Shown here: positions 51,791 to 64,000 of the stretch, piece by piece | Numbering within the stretch: position 1 is the first letter of the stretch | Layout of the letters: the number at the start of each line of letters is the position of its first letter | Source of the DNA: Hydrolagus affinis | Lineage: Eukaryota | Direction of reading: 5' to 3' | Length of the DNA: 64,000 bases | Assembly (NCBI GenBank): GCA_012026655.1 | Contig: JAAILG010001354.1 | Coordinates: 1 to 64,000 of the forward strand | Notes under the pieces: generated by a model | Told to the model about the DNA's origin: nothing | The model's database searches: none | What the model saw: the letters and a program-made list of their open reading frames with translations, nothing else | Position numbers and translations under genes: made by a program

Positions 51791-51830
51791 CTTCTTACCT
51801 AAAAACCAAACAATTTAATCTTATTAGTAC
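51791..51830 (-). other. Candidate 3' splice site directly followed by a 5' splice site (recursive-splice-type site, or start of a non-coding exon)
   Basis: Minus strand reads gTACTAATaagattaaattgtttggtttttAG|GTAAGAag, with a branch A at -26. Confidence 0.5.
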
Positions 51831-52855
51831 AAACGAGCTTCAGATCCACAAATATAGAATACATTTTAATAATAATTGTGCCACAGATATCCATGTTTCC
51901 ATCTTTCACGGAAGACAACAACGTCTTTTAGGTCCACTGACAGTGTTTAACAATATCTTATTGACAGAATTTACGGACACTGTCATCAAGCAGCTCAGCT
52001 TTCAGCTCATCCCTGAAGATCAGGATAAGGAGAAATGGTAGGTTTTTATCCCCCTAATTCTGACATAGTTGAGTAGCTCTGCAGAACCAACTCATACAGA
52101 TGCCAGAATGATTCGGATAAAAGGCGTATGGGTTCAGAGGAGTGTAACAGGCTCACAAGGCTAAGAGGAGATCTCGCACATTTGGAGAGAAAAAAGACAT
52201 TCTATAATGAGGTACTAATGTGTATAAATAGTCTGTTGTCAACTAGTCTCATAATCTGTGTGTTTGCGACTGGAAGTGAATTAACAATATGGAACAATTT
52301 ATCTCAAAGCTTGGAAGTGCATTTCAAAAACACCCACAGCAGATACACCTTCCCAGTCAAGAAGTACCTGAAGATTTCCATGTTCCTCACTTTATATTTT
52401 AGTGTCTTGCACAATGACACTAATTTAGATTTCTAATAGGTTAGAATCCAGCAACCTTATTTTCATGTGGTCTAAAATAAGCCATTCAAGGGGAAAGTAA
52501 GAAATAATTGCTGTTTTCTCTTTCTCCGCAGTATTGCTGTAACACTTGCGCATAACAGATTGAACAAAACGCTGTTGTGACAGGTGGAAGAATTCAGCTA
52601 GTAAGCACAGAGACAGGGTTCAATTTAGTTTGGTGAATCCTTTAATTGTAGTGTAGCTAATTAGGGAAGGTTCTTTACACTCGAAAGTGTTTACACTCAC
52701 TAGTATGAATACATGAACGATTAAATTGTGCCTTTAAGGGGTTGAAACTACTGCGACAACAGAAAAGTATTTTGCCCTTATAGCAACATGTGGGCCACCT
52801 TTAAACATTGCTTTTCAAATCTGCAAGGATTTTGTAATCTGCTAAATTTTGGTAA

Positions 52856-53030
52856 AACAACAACTAATTGCATTTTTATCACACCTTTCACGTCAAGAGG
52901 ACATCCCATAGCACTGGAGAGACAGGAATCTGAACCTGAGCTGATGGTTCAGATCAGGAGGGCAAGGAGAATAGGGGTAGCAAGGTGATCAAAGAGATGG
53001 CGAACGAGATGGGTCTTGAAGGAGGCAAGG
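52856..53030 (-). mobile_element. L2 3' fragment
   Basis: aacaacaactaattgcatttttatcacacctttcacgtcaagaggacatccca. Confidence 0.75.
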
Positions 53031-54127
53031 CTTGTGTCATAGATCCTTTGGAGTTTTTGCCCAGAGCACACTTAAAATAACTCACCGAGTGATCACTCTT
53101 TCCACGTATCTATTCTTTTATCACTGATGAACTGCAACATAGAGTATTAAAGCCACTGAATGGGTTCAGTTCCCACATTATACTTAATCTGTCCAGTCAG
53201 GAAGGAAGACATAACAACTATATGGTTCCTTTTTTTTTAGTGTAAAATATCTTAGAATTATTCATCTGGTTTACAGCTACCACTGGCTGATCAGAGCATT
53301 ATCATTTATTGCATATTTTGGTTGATTTTTCTGAAAAACAAATGTGTTTGCAATACAAACTGCAAAACTTTCAAACAATATTTCTGCAATGTTCTGTTTC
53401 AATGTTCAGATAGCTGGATAAACAAGTCTGAAAGCGTACTATTACTGTAGTTCTCTAAGTACAGAACCATTACGTAGATTTGGACTCCAGTCTTGGAGAT
53501 TATAGTTAAAGCTACAGTCGCCACAGATATCCTGACCAATCTTCCCCTGGAAAGGTTTGTCAGTCCATTTTTCTGCAAAATGCAGAAAATTCTCTGAGAA
53601 TTTTTTTTTGTGTTACTCAAGGCAATTGGAGAAGAAACACAGGATCACAGCTGAAAGACTATTGTAAGGCAGGTACCAGTGATTGTTTCTTTAGTAAACT
53701 AGACTGGGTTACTGAGGAGGCTTGAGGCCAGCACACTATACCAATTGAAACAACTTGATGCTGTCATTGAAAATGGTTTGGTGGGTCTTTTGGTAGGACA
53801 TTAAATGATCAAGTGAAACTGTTTCCCATCAAGTGAAACTGTATCTATGCCTATACAGGTGGGCTGAGTCACTTGGTCTGCTGAACCAGTGTTAATTTGA
53901 TCACTGGGGACCCTGCTCCTCAGTGCATCTTAGAGTCTCTGGAGGCAGCAATGTTGCAATGTTTACTATGTAAGTTAGTCAAAGAAAGGCTGGCAGGAGC
54001 TCTGAAAGGTAAATATTTAGAAAGAGCCAGTCCTGCGTTTCACGATCTATGCTGACATCACCTTGGTATATGAGATTGCATTGGCACTTGTAATGTAATG
54101 ATGGAGATGTGATAGTACGAGACATTA

Positions 54128-54203
54128 CGTGAAGCACTTTTTAGACATCTCAATGACATGATAAGGTGCTTTATCAAATGCAAAATAATGATTATTATTA
54201 TTA
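54128..54203 (+). mobile_element. SINE 3' tail
   Basis: gtgaagcactttttagacatctc...gataaggtgctttatcaaatgcaa...gattattattatta. Confidence 0.75.
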
Positions 54204-56980
54204 CTGGAACTGTGATGTGCTGTGTCCAAGTGCTCGTGACACTTTAACGTAAAATCCTGTGAAACACTCTGAGAATATTATTCGAATACTTAATGCGATT
54301 TGATGTGGCATTTAACTCATTGCAAGTTAAATTTTCACTCTGAAATTTATCATAATCCAGGATCTATAGACAAATCAGAGTGTTGCTTGACTGGGCAAAA
54401 TGGCTGTTGAGCGCAGGTGACTGGATAAACTGAGTGACTGCAGGTTTCTGTTTACATTGTGCAGCTTTAATTCAATAATGGGAATGGGGACAAAGGCAAG
54501 CATCGACTGATGAATAATCGTTTGGTTTCCAATTTGAAAGCGTTAAGCAAAGCTGCGCTTAAAGATTTTGGCAAGTTTACCAGCTTTGGTACCAAAATCT
54601 ATGGCATCCTAATAAGGCAGATTTATGGCCCCAGGATGGCACCCAGGGATATGAGAATATTTTCCCCCCCCAACCATCTCTACAATTTGCTGCCGACGCT
54701 GAACTTGTTTATAGATCATCATTAAAGTCTGGCGTATCTTTCCCTCAACATCTGATTAAGTTAACAATGTAGTGCTATTTACATGCCGATTTTTCAGGCC
54801 TTTCTCTACAGCTGCTCCTCAGGCTCGGCCACTGTAATGTGATAGCAAAGCAGTCAGTAAATGTAATCTTTGTCAAACCCAGGTGTGCTCTTGACTATTT
54901 TTTTTCTCTCTTTCCTCTCTCTATTCCCTCCCCCCACCCACCCACCCACCTCCCCACCCCTTTCATTCCAAGCAATTTTTCTCTCACTGGCTTTATAAGG
55001 TTCCATTATAGTCACATCTGGAGCGAGTATTCTTTTTAATTATTGACTAAATTTGCTGTGAATCAACTAAAAATTGTCATCAAAGAATGGGTGTGCTGCA
55101 ATTTTCTGGCTTTATCAAACCTAAATGTCAACAGGGTAAACAGTTGCATAATTCAAGCCTGAGCCACACCATTTTACTGATTTCAATAAATCATCTAGAA
55201 TTTAGTTTTAAACTAAGGCTCTGTACATAGAGGACAGCTGTTGGGATTCCAATTACTCCATTATGCTATGCCAATTTAAATTGTGATGCATGTTGATTTT
55301 GAAATCTAACAGAAGGGAGGACGGGGACATGGAATCAGGAAAGCAGGAGAGGATCAGATGGAGATAAGTTAAAACAAACGAAAGAAGCAAAAGGATAAGG
55401 GGGGGGGAAGAGAGAGAAACAGAGATGTGGGTAAAAGTAAGGCAGTTTCAGGCATTCACAAAAACAGAAAGACAAGATGGAGAATTTATGTTGCCAGTGA
55501 TCTGAAATCAAATTTTTTCATTAACATATTGGAGTGATGAGAAGGCCTGTAAAAGAGCTTATTGTTTCACCAAACCAGCAGTTCTCTCTCTCTACCTTTT
55601 GTTCAAGTCACTTACGCTAAGGTTTTCCACCTCACCAATACCATCTCGGTATATGTTAATATCTAACAACAAAGAGATGGCAGATTGTCATCTGTATGTC
55701 AGTCTCAAATTGCAAAACTGTTAAGCAGTTAAGGTTGGTATTTAGGAATAATTTAACAGCCACATCAGCCAGCACTTCCATTCTAACATAATGGCTAGAT
55801 GCAGACAGCAGGGAAATGCATAACTATCATGACATTATCCTGACAACAGTGTTATGAAATTTAGATTGGTCAGTTAATGGAAGTCTTTACTGAGATCAAT
55901 AAATATTCTAACAGCTTCTTGTGGTAAAATGGGATTTTTTAAAACTCAGTCGACCGTGACCTTTGAGTAATAACAGTGTATAAACCTGCATAAATGTCCA
56001 TAATTACTACAAAATATTATGTAAAATTAATACAATAAATATTGTGAATAGGTCATTGCATTTTGACAAAAATTCTAATCTTCTGAAAATGCGAAATTGC
56101 CCCCATTTTCATTACACTAAGCAACTGCACCTAAAATACTCTTACAGTGATCAGCAGCGAGGGGTGGGGTGGTGGAAGGGAGGGAGTTAAAACATTCTGA
56201 ATTTCATCAATAGATGGGTTTCCAAATCCATTCTCACATCTCTTTCACTCAGCAAACCCTGTTTACCTGAAGGTTCAGTATCGCCTATTCCTTCCACAGT
56301 GTGTTACCATCACATCACGTTCAACTGCACTGTTAGGAGTATGGTCAGAGCAGTTTGCCAGCCTGCTGAGGCATCACAATATCTATAAGTGATGGCATGT
56401 GAAAATCACAAGGAAAACATGCCAATTCACATACATTTAGTATTTAGAGGCAAACTAGAGAGTTCTCACACTGAAGGTAAAACTTGACAAAAGAATGAAC
56501 ACTGAACAAAGCCAGCCCGCTGAGCAACCATCAAGCCTTCATGTGGCTTTGAGTACACATGACAGTCCCTAACTAACATGCTTACTTTAACACAGATTTT
56601 TTAATAAAAGTTGCGATCGGGTAGTCATTTCAAAGTAATGAAAGACCTTGTTTAATTTATGGCTTTGATTAAAAATTCTGAGCCTAATTTAAATGAAATA
56701 AAATAAAAAGGATTTATATTAATGTCGAAAGTTGACACAAACAGCAGTGAACAATGTGTCACAGCAAAACTCCTACAGCCTGGCGGTGTTTAAATGTGTA
56801 TTTAACTCTTTCGTGGCTAGAGTACTGTACCGGATGCCGCATTTGCATTCTGTTCCTCACTGTGGTATTTGGGTCCATCAACCAAGGAAAGAAATAACAT
56901 AAAATGAAATCAAGTATTAAAAATGACAGCCTATATAAGTGCTGTGAGTAACTTCAGGTCGCGGAGGGAGGGAAACGCAG

Positions 56981-57144
56981 NNNNNNNNNNNNNNNNNNNN
57001 NNNNNNNNNNNNNNNNNNNNNNNNNNNNNNNNNNNNNNNNNNNNNNNNNNNNNNNNNNNNNNNNNNNNNNNNNNNNNNNNNNNNNNNNNNNNNNNNNNNN
57101 NNNNNNNNNNNNNNNNNNNNNNNNNNNNNNNNNNNNNNNNNNNN
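56981..57144. other. Assembly gap (164 N)
   Basis: Run of N. Confidence 1.
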
Positions 57145-57514
57145 ACAGGGCAGCACAAAGGATAAAAGTCCTTTGTCACTAATAAGCTGGAAGTTACTTT
57201 GATAACAGCAGGGTTAGACATGAATAAAGCAGATCTTTCACGTGCATACACCATTCATATCATAGAAATATAGCAGAAAAAATCAGTGCTCTACAGGCAA
57301 AAAGAACATGGTTTTTTACATATTATGTTTCTGTACTTGCTATACAGAGTCAACAAACGATGCATACACAGCCTATAAGAATTACTAAAGCAGTTTAAGA
57401 TCTCATCTATTCCCATCAAGTGCAGTGAAAAGTCATTCATGATTTAGTTTTCCCACAGATTTCTATTGGATAAGTTTAAATAACACTTTTTAAAAAAAAA
57501 AATGTTTTACTTCT

Positions 57515-57725
57515 CACTCCCCAACCCACCACCTGGTGCCTCTGCTCGACTGGCAATGTCCTCCTTCTCGTCCCTCGCACCCTCCACCCCACCATCGGAG
57601 GTCGGGCTTTCAGCTACTATGCCCCAAACTCTTGGAGACTCTCCCTCAAACAATCCGCTTTGCCCCCTCTCTTCCGCCTGCAAACCTTACCCCTTTAACC
57701 GTGCTCGCGGCCACCTCCCCAGTAT
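57515..57725 (+). mobile_element. L2 3' fragment
   Basis: ccccaccatcggaggtcgggctttcagctactatgccccaaactc is the reverse complement of ~40045-40090. Confidence 0.8.
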
Positions 57726-58269
57726 TGTACTGGCCCTAGCATCATACTTGTTATGATCAGCTAACTAATATGACCGCCTCCTACAGCAAGTTGTACAGAG
57801 TATGTACTCATTGCACCATCAAAGTGTTGCATCTACTTGTGCATCACACATAGTACTTTACCAAAAACTGTTTCTTCTCTGCCATTAGTTATATTCAGTA
57901 CAAACACTATAAATAGCCCCAATTTAGTTAAGGAATAAATTCCATTATGTGGGAACGAAGGCAATAAAAGCTGAATGTGCTGGAGAAACGCCAAAGTTTC
58001 AGATCAAGTTTATACAGTAGTGTGGGAAGCCTATATGCCAAATATAGATTTTAAGACTGTTTAAGAGAACCACCCCGCTCCCCAAACCCCCCAAAAAGTC
58101 ACGTTATAGCAGTAATGCTTTACTGGACAAGGGAGAGTATTGAATTTGATATCCGCACTAGCTATTTGCTTTTTGCTTCTTAATTTCACAATAGATGCAA
58201 CATTCACACAAGCCACACAATATTCACATAGTTGGCTCCATTTTAACACAGCGCACCCATAACAATGAC

Positions 58270-59030
58270 TGCCAGTCAACGTTTCCAGGTCATTAGGTCT
58301 CTGCTGATGCCTCTTTCTGTCCACTGCACATGTGGAGCTTGCATCAAGCTGGCAACAGCTCTTGTTGCAACCATTGCTGAGAAATTACTGGATGCTGGTG
58401 GTCCATCAATAAGAAATAATTTGCTCTGTCAAAAACTCCTCGTTTCATTAAGTGGATCATCCCAAAACAAAATTTGACTTTATTTATCTTCCCTGGGTTA
58501 TGAATTGATGCTAAAACTGGAGAAATGAGTAAGCAAATTATACTTAATATGCATCCATAGTAACCAACAGCAGGTCAAACAGCACATATTTATAAATTAA
58601 GTTGTTTATTTACAAACCATTTATTGTCTTAGCTCTGAGACAACTGTCTTCAAATTTATGATCATACTGACTTTTAAAATTCTTAAATTTCAGGCCACAG
58701 TTCTGCAGAGGCAAATCTGCCAGCAATACTGCCCCCAACAAGTAGATGTTACTTCAACTGCACAGAAGGATTGCCCCAATATTGTTCTACAAAGGCAACA
58801 CAATAAATTTCTGCACTTCAGCGCATCATTGTGCAATCAGATGTATTATCAGATACATAATCTGTGAACTGAACCAGCCTGTAGTCTTACTGGCCTGGCT
58901 CCACATTGCACTTGTGTGAGACTAACACATTGTGGTGGTTCAGTTTATACCAGTGCAGTGCCCCACAGCTCCCAGCAGATGCAGTTCACCTCTGGGACCG
59001 TATTTCAGCAGATGTCCACAAAGCACCAGT
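58270..59030. mobile_element. Fossil PIF/Harbinger element: Myb-like relic (-, ~58270-58450) head-to-head with a transposase N-terminus (+, ~58760-59030)
   Basis: Minus strand, across frames: LFLIDG, QQWLQ, QRPNDL. Plus strand: RQHNKFLHFSASLC, IICEL, FSLYQCSAPQ...SADVHK. Very diverged. Confidence 0.35.
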
Positions 59031-59504
59031 CCCCATAGCACAGTATAACCATGGCACTATCAGGCAGTTAAAGGCTATTAACCAATTTCAGCTCACTAAA
59101 AAAAATCTGAGACATTAACCTCTGTGCTACTGATGTAACCTGAGGTTTGGGTTTGGCTTTAGGGGTCAGCTTCTGACAGCTCAGATCTGACATGAAAACT
59201 AAGTGGTTTACTTGAGGTTCTCGCAGCTGAACTAGGTCTTGCAGTCAGTCCCGCTGCTCCCTGGTAAAGCAGGCAGAGATGCCTGCCGTAGATGTTTAAT
59301 TCCCATTCCTGAGTCAAAATTAACCTGATTGCTATTTAAATGACAGCAGCAGAAGTGTGTGTGGAGAGGGGAGTAGAAAAGGCAAAGCAGCAAAGTTGCC
59401 ACGTGTTCAGGTAGAACTCCCAGCCTCTCTGTCACTGTTACTCAGCTCACATGGGCATTGAATGAAATCTAAGAGGAGGGTGGGGCTGTACTGAGAGTGA
59501 CACT

Positions 59505-59743
59505 CAACAACAACAACTTGCATTGATTATAGCACCCTTCATGAGGAGTGCTGTCTCAAGAGCGTTTAAAGAATGGCAGAGCGTGATGCTGGAGGAGGTG
59601 AACCACAGTCGAAGTCAGTACAGTCGAAGAGGAAGGCGATGTAAAAGAGGGGAAGGAGGAGGAGTTGAGGGAGTAAGTTCCAAAGCTTTGGGGCGTCACG
59701 GCTCAAAGCACAGCTGCCTATGGTGGAGCGGAAGGGAGCTCAG
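59505..59743 (-). mobile_element. L2 3' fragment
   Basis: caacaacaacaacttgcattgattatagcacccttc...gttccaaagctttggggc...aaagcacagctgcctatggtggagcg. Confidence 0.8.
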
Positions 59744-60570
59744 GTAGCAGGCAGCCCCTGCACTGGCAGGTCACTGTACAGCATTCTGCGTCCCCATACT
59801 CAGCAGATGACAGCAGGTCACATTCTCGTTCACTTTAAGGGCAGGCTATTGGCACATTGGGTGTCTTTTGTTATGTGGCAATGTGTCGGAGCAAGAGGTT
59901 ACAGGGTCACCTTTTGATCACTGGCACATACTCCAACTTGGGGAAAAAAAACACGTTCACGATTCCACTTGTTTCATACGTTAATAGCAAAACCCCCTGC
60001 ATGGTCCACTTTGCTCTCAAATATAACTTACTCTTAAGTGACTTTATCTTAAGTGGAGCGGCCTGTAACTTTATTCCCTTATGGCTACAAGCTTACAAAT
60101 GTGTGAACCCTTTCAAGTCTCTGATGGTAATATAATCAGACTATAAATGGTATTTTTATTCTGAATTGGACTGGTCCTTGCTGTATTGGACTCCCTGTGG
60201 ATTTTGTCTATAATCTAATATTATACAGTACTTGAAATGGACAGTTATATTCGTTTTGGTTTTATGATGGTATTTTTTGCAACACTTCAAAGGAGAGGAA
60301 ATTGATTTTTTTTCAGCTTCTTCAAAGAAAACCATGCTAGTGAAACAAACTTTACATTGTTTTCTTCATTATCTCGCTATTTTTGTCATATTTCAACTTA
60401 TATCATATAATTTTCATCAATGCAATAGGTCGGTGTACCGATGTATACTGGATTGTGTAGCTCAGGGTGTCTGGAATCTGTCGAATCTATGTTACAACAG
60501 AATTCAACACAAACAACAGAAAATAGCCAAATAAATTTCACCTACTTACACTATCTGGAGTATATAATGT

Positions 60571-61024
60571 AATAATAATAAAAGAATTTCATATAGCAAC
60601 TTACTACCCCATCAAACAACTCAAAGCGCTTCACAGTAATTACTGTAAAGTGACTGTATTTGTTGGCATCAAACAGCTGCCATTTGCTGTGTCCATTTGC
60701 TTGCAATGTCCCACAACTAGCCATGAAATGACCAATTGTATCTGAGAGATTGGACTCCATTCTCCCCGACGTGAAAGGCGCTATACAAATATAATTTTGC
60801 TGTTGTTTTTGAATAGTGCCATGAAATCTTTAATGTCCATCTGAACAGGCAGCAAGGAACTCAGTTTAATGCCTCACCTGAAGGTTGGCATCTCTGATAA
60901 TAAGACACTTCCCCAGCACTCCATTGGATCAGCCCAGACGATAAGATCAATGTCGCTACATGGGGTTTGAACCCACAACCTTCTGGTTCAGAGGCGAGAA
61001 AGTTACAATTGAAGCTGACTGACA
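60571..61024 (-). mobile_element. Full-length Deu-domain SINE with a nested + strand L2 tail (~60762-60808)
   Basis: SINE tail at 60571-60640, Deu core ttgaatagtgccatgaaatctttaatgtcc at 60809, head ggtttgaacccacaaccttctgg; interrupted by cccgacgtgaaaggcgctatacaaatataattttgctgttgt. Confidence 0.82.
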
Positions 61025-61789
61025 CCCAGACATGGAAAAAAAATCCTCCCATTTTCGGAGCAGCAAAATTTATTTTTACAATGGCTAAATTCCATCTTGG
61101 TCGAGTTTGGCCTTCTATTTTTATGGGGTTCAGATTGTCCAGGGTTTGAGAACTTTTCCTTCTGAACTTTAAAGTCATTTCCCTGCACTTCTTAACAAAA
61201 GAAATTCACAGCTTCAAAATGAGAGGATTTATTTAAGAAGTTGATAAATTCTGGGTGCCCTGAAACGCAACACAATTCAAGAACCAGGTGGGATTTTTCC
61301 TCACCGATTTGACAATTCTCTGGCCCACACACAGGTGGGCTGAGCCACTTAGCATGCCAAAGTGGTGTTAATATCATCTCCAGAGACACTGCCACTTCCC
61401 AAGGCATCTTGTAGCCTCCGGAGGCAGCAGGTTGCCTTGTTTATTTCGTAGCAAATGGTTTGATTTTGTTTCTTGCGCTTGTGTAAATATGTGCTGCCAT
61501 GTGTACTACAGGACACTGCATCGGTGTTACATGTTCTGTGTAACAATGACAGGGCTTGAATGATTGTGGCTGATAAAAAGATTGATTTGGTGGCTGACCT
61601 GAGCTCACGTTGTACTGATGTGCATCTGAATCAATAACAGCACAGAATCTATCCTTGATGTGCTTGCATGCATGAAATTTGCTTGATTTACATTTTCACC
61701 CAGAAGTTAGGTTTCAGCTCATATCAAATAAAAACATAATTTCCTTTAGCAGCTTTTCCATTGGGGGTGGGGCGGGGGTGGGGGGGGGG

Positions 61790-62137
61790 TCTCAAAGTGC
61801 AACAAGATTTACTGTACAGTGTAAGGACTGTGTGGTTTGTGGACAGACACAGAAATCAATTTGCCATGAATGAATGACGCATTTTATTTGGAGGATTGTT
61901 GACCTGGACGCTGGGAGAAATTCTCCCCTCTTTTTGAATAGTGTAATGGAATATTTAACCTCCATCTGAACAGGCATTACATTTTAGTTTAACATCTCAT
62001 CCAAATAATGGCACCTCTGATTGTACATTCCCCTATCCCCCAGCACTATATTGGAGACTGTGGGCTCCAAGTCCCAACGTAAGGTTTAACACCACAATTT
62101 GCTGACTCAGGTGTGAGAGCATTACCGACTGAGCCAG
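61790..62137 (-). mobile_element. Deu-domain SINE
   Basis: ctctttttgaatagtg...gtttaacatctcatcc...ggcacctct...ctgactcag...accgactgagccag. Confidence 0.78.
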
Positions 62138-63217
62138 TAATCTCCTAACACAGGATGCTGGTCAGAAGCACATTGGAACCAGGTAAAAAATATTATTGCA
62201 AATTAATTTATACTGTATAATATTTCTATCCGTAAGCGATCGTGGATCTAAAAATGCTGTGTGCACAGTGAAAGAGTAATCCGGCATTAAAAGGGTTAAT
62301 TTGTGCGGAAACAGACCACTGTATAATGTTCTTATTTGTAAAGCACAAGCAAGACAATTGGACATGAAACAAGCCTGCAATGCAACAGATGGTTACCAGC
62401 AAGTGCTGGTCACTTAGTTCAAATTGACAAAAGCATTTAGGTTCCTTAAATTGCCAGTTGAAGGCTGTGGTTTAACAGCGCTGCTTCAAGAGATGCACAT
62501 ACATACAGCACAACCTTGCGTTTCAGTGTTGGTTCACTGCCATCACTCAGTGAAAAATTCAGCAGCACCAGTTATTAGCCATTCAAGAAAAGAAATTAAA
62601 TCCTTCCCAGGGCTGAAAAAAAAATGGATGGGGGAAAATAAGCAGCTTCACTGAAACAGAAGCTAAAATGTTCTAATTTGCTCCATTTTCACAATGGGTT
62701 TTATTGCGTGGACCTGAAAGGTTTTCACAGTAATGTTAGTAATTTTGATAGCCTCATTGATACCCCTTTCCAATGATCAAACTACCTTACTTCAAGAACA
62801 TAATTCATTACATGAAGAACAGAATGTTGAAGAAAAAGTTTAACAGAAGATCACAGCCAATGTGATCGTCGGTAATGACAAGCTTGAGTAATTACAATTT
62901 TTAAAAAATGATCACAGCTGTGGTTCAGAATTTAGCCCCAGGGCTATTTTTTTTAACAAAGATCTGTATTGTAGCTGGCAGAGTCAAATACGAATATTTA
63001 AGAAACTTGCGCAGGATTTCTTAACCCAAGAGTTTGTATCAACTTCTGAAATCTGGTTGACCAGAGAGAGAGAGAGAAACTTGTGCCCAAAGACAGCATT
63101 CTCTATTCCTGCAAAATACTACAAATAAGGAAATAATACAATGTAACTCCCCTTAGCCCGAAAAAATGATTTTTACACTTTGAGCCACATGTGTTGACCA
63201 TTAAATCATAAAAAAAA

Positions 63218-63522
63218 GTCCTTGCATTTGATATAGCATCTTTCATTCAGAAGGACACCTCAAAGTGCTTCACAGGATTCATTGTAAAGCACAATAAATT
63301 TATTTTTTGTGGGTGAACGTGGCAGCCAATGTGCACACAACAGTGCCCCACAAACAGCCACAAAGTGAGTGACCAGCTTTATCTGGCCAATTATTGGCCA
63401 GGACATCGGGAAAACTCTTTTCGAATAGCAGGATGGGATTGTTAACGTGCAAGTGAAGGGGCAGAAGGCACTTTGATTGAATCCAAAAAAACGGCACCTC
63501 CCAATGCACTATACTGGAGTGT
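63218..63522 (-). mobile_element. Deu-domain SINE, head missing
   Basis: ccttgcatttgatatagc...ggcagccaatgtgcacac...ttggccaggacatc...ttcgaatagc...acggcacctcccaatgcac. Confidence 0.82.
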
Positions 63523-63860
63523 ATTAAATTTGTAGCACAACAGGAGTTAATTTATACTCCACATTTTGGGGGCACATAAGAACGCGTTGACATTTCATTA
63601 TCCAAGCACAGGGATTACAATCACAATAGGAACACGCCCAAAAGTTTGAATGTTACAATTTGGATCTGGAGTGATCTCAGACTTGCTAAAGAAGCTCACG
63701 GGTGAGGGGTGTCCTGAAACCAAGATGCAGTCAGGTTTCTTTTTCGGGTTCATTTAGAGCTTTGTTATAAATTGATTTTCAAAATGCTGTGCATTTCAAC
63801 TTTTACAACCAATGGCAATGTGGGATCAAGGATGCACTCATCGAAGCTGCAGCAGGCAAA

Positions 63861-63992
63861 TACAGATATATAATATATATTTATATAAATAACCTATTAT
63901 ATATAATATATATTTATATAAATATAATATACTGTATATATTTATACAAATATAGATATATTTATATAGATATATATTCAGATATATACAAA
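63861..63992. repeat. (TA)-rich low-complexity tract
   Basis: Directly visible. Confidence 0.9.
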
Positions 63993-64000
63993 TATCAGCA

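Noticed and set aside
53808-53842. 20-bp-period tandem duplication (atcaagtgaaactgt x2)
   Set aside because: Ordinary slippage duplication with only two units; not an array.
56917-57254. ORFs spanning the N run
   Set aside because: Artefacts of the assembly gap.
1-64000. CRISPR arrays, operons or other prokaryotic systems
   Set aside because: The sequence is clearly vertebrate intron/exon DNA, with no regularly spaced repeats or gene clusters.

Overview
Vertebrate, AT-rich, repeat-strewn genomic DNA, not prokaryotic. It is probably a cartilaginous fish, most likely a chimaera such as Callorhinchus; this is inferred from the repeat families. The only real coding sequence is the large first coding exon of ZNF536 on the minus strand: ATG at 38373, acceptor 2 nt upstream, phase-1 donor at 36194, 7 C2H2 fingers. 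Everything else appears intronic to that gene; I did not find the next coding exon in 1-36194. The introns hold tRNA-derived SINEs with and without a Deu domain, L2 and CR1 LINE fragments, several very decayed PIF/Harbinger relics (Myb/SANT and DDE transposase halves), repeat-free motif-dense blocks that look like conserved enhancers, several inverted repeats, and one 164-N assembly gap. The best leads are a textbook recursive-splice-type AG|GTAAG site at 51799/51798, a 70-nt near-perfect hairpin 60 nt into the intron after the coding exon, unannotated Harbinger fossils, and an in-frame 21-nt duplication in the ZNF536 N-terminus. I found no convincing novel multi-gene system. Family assignments rely on recalled consensus sequences, and repeat boundaries are approximate.
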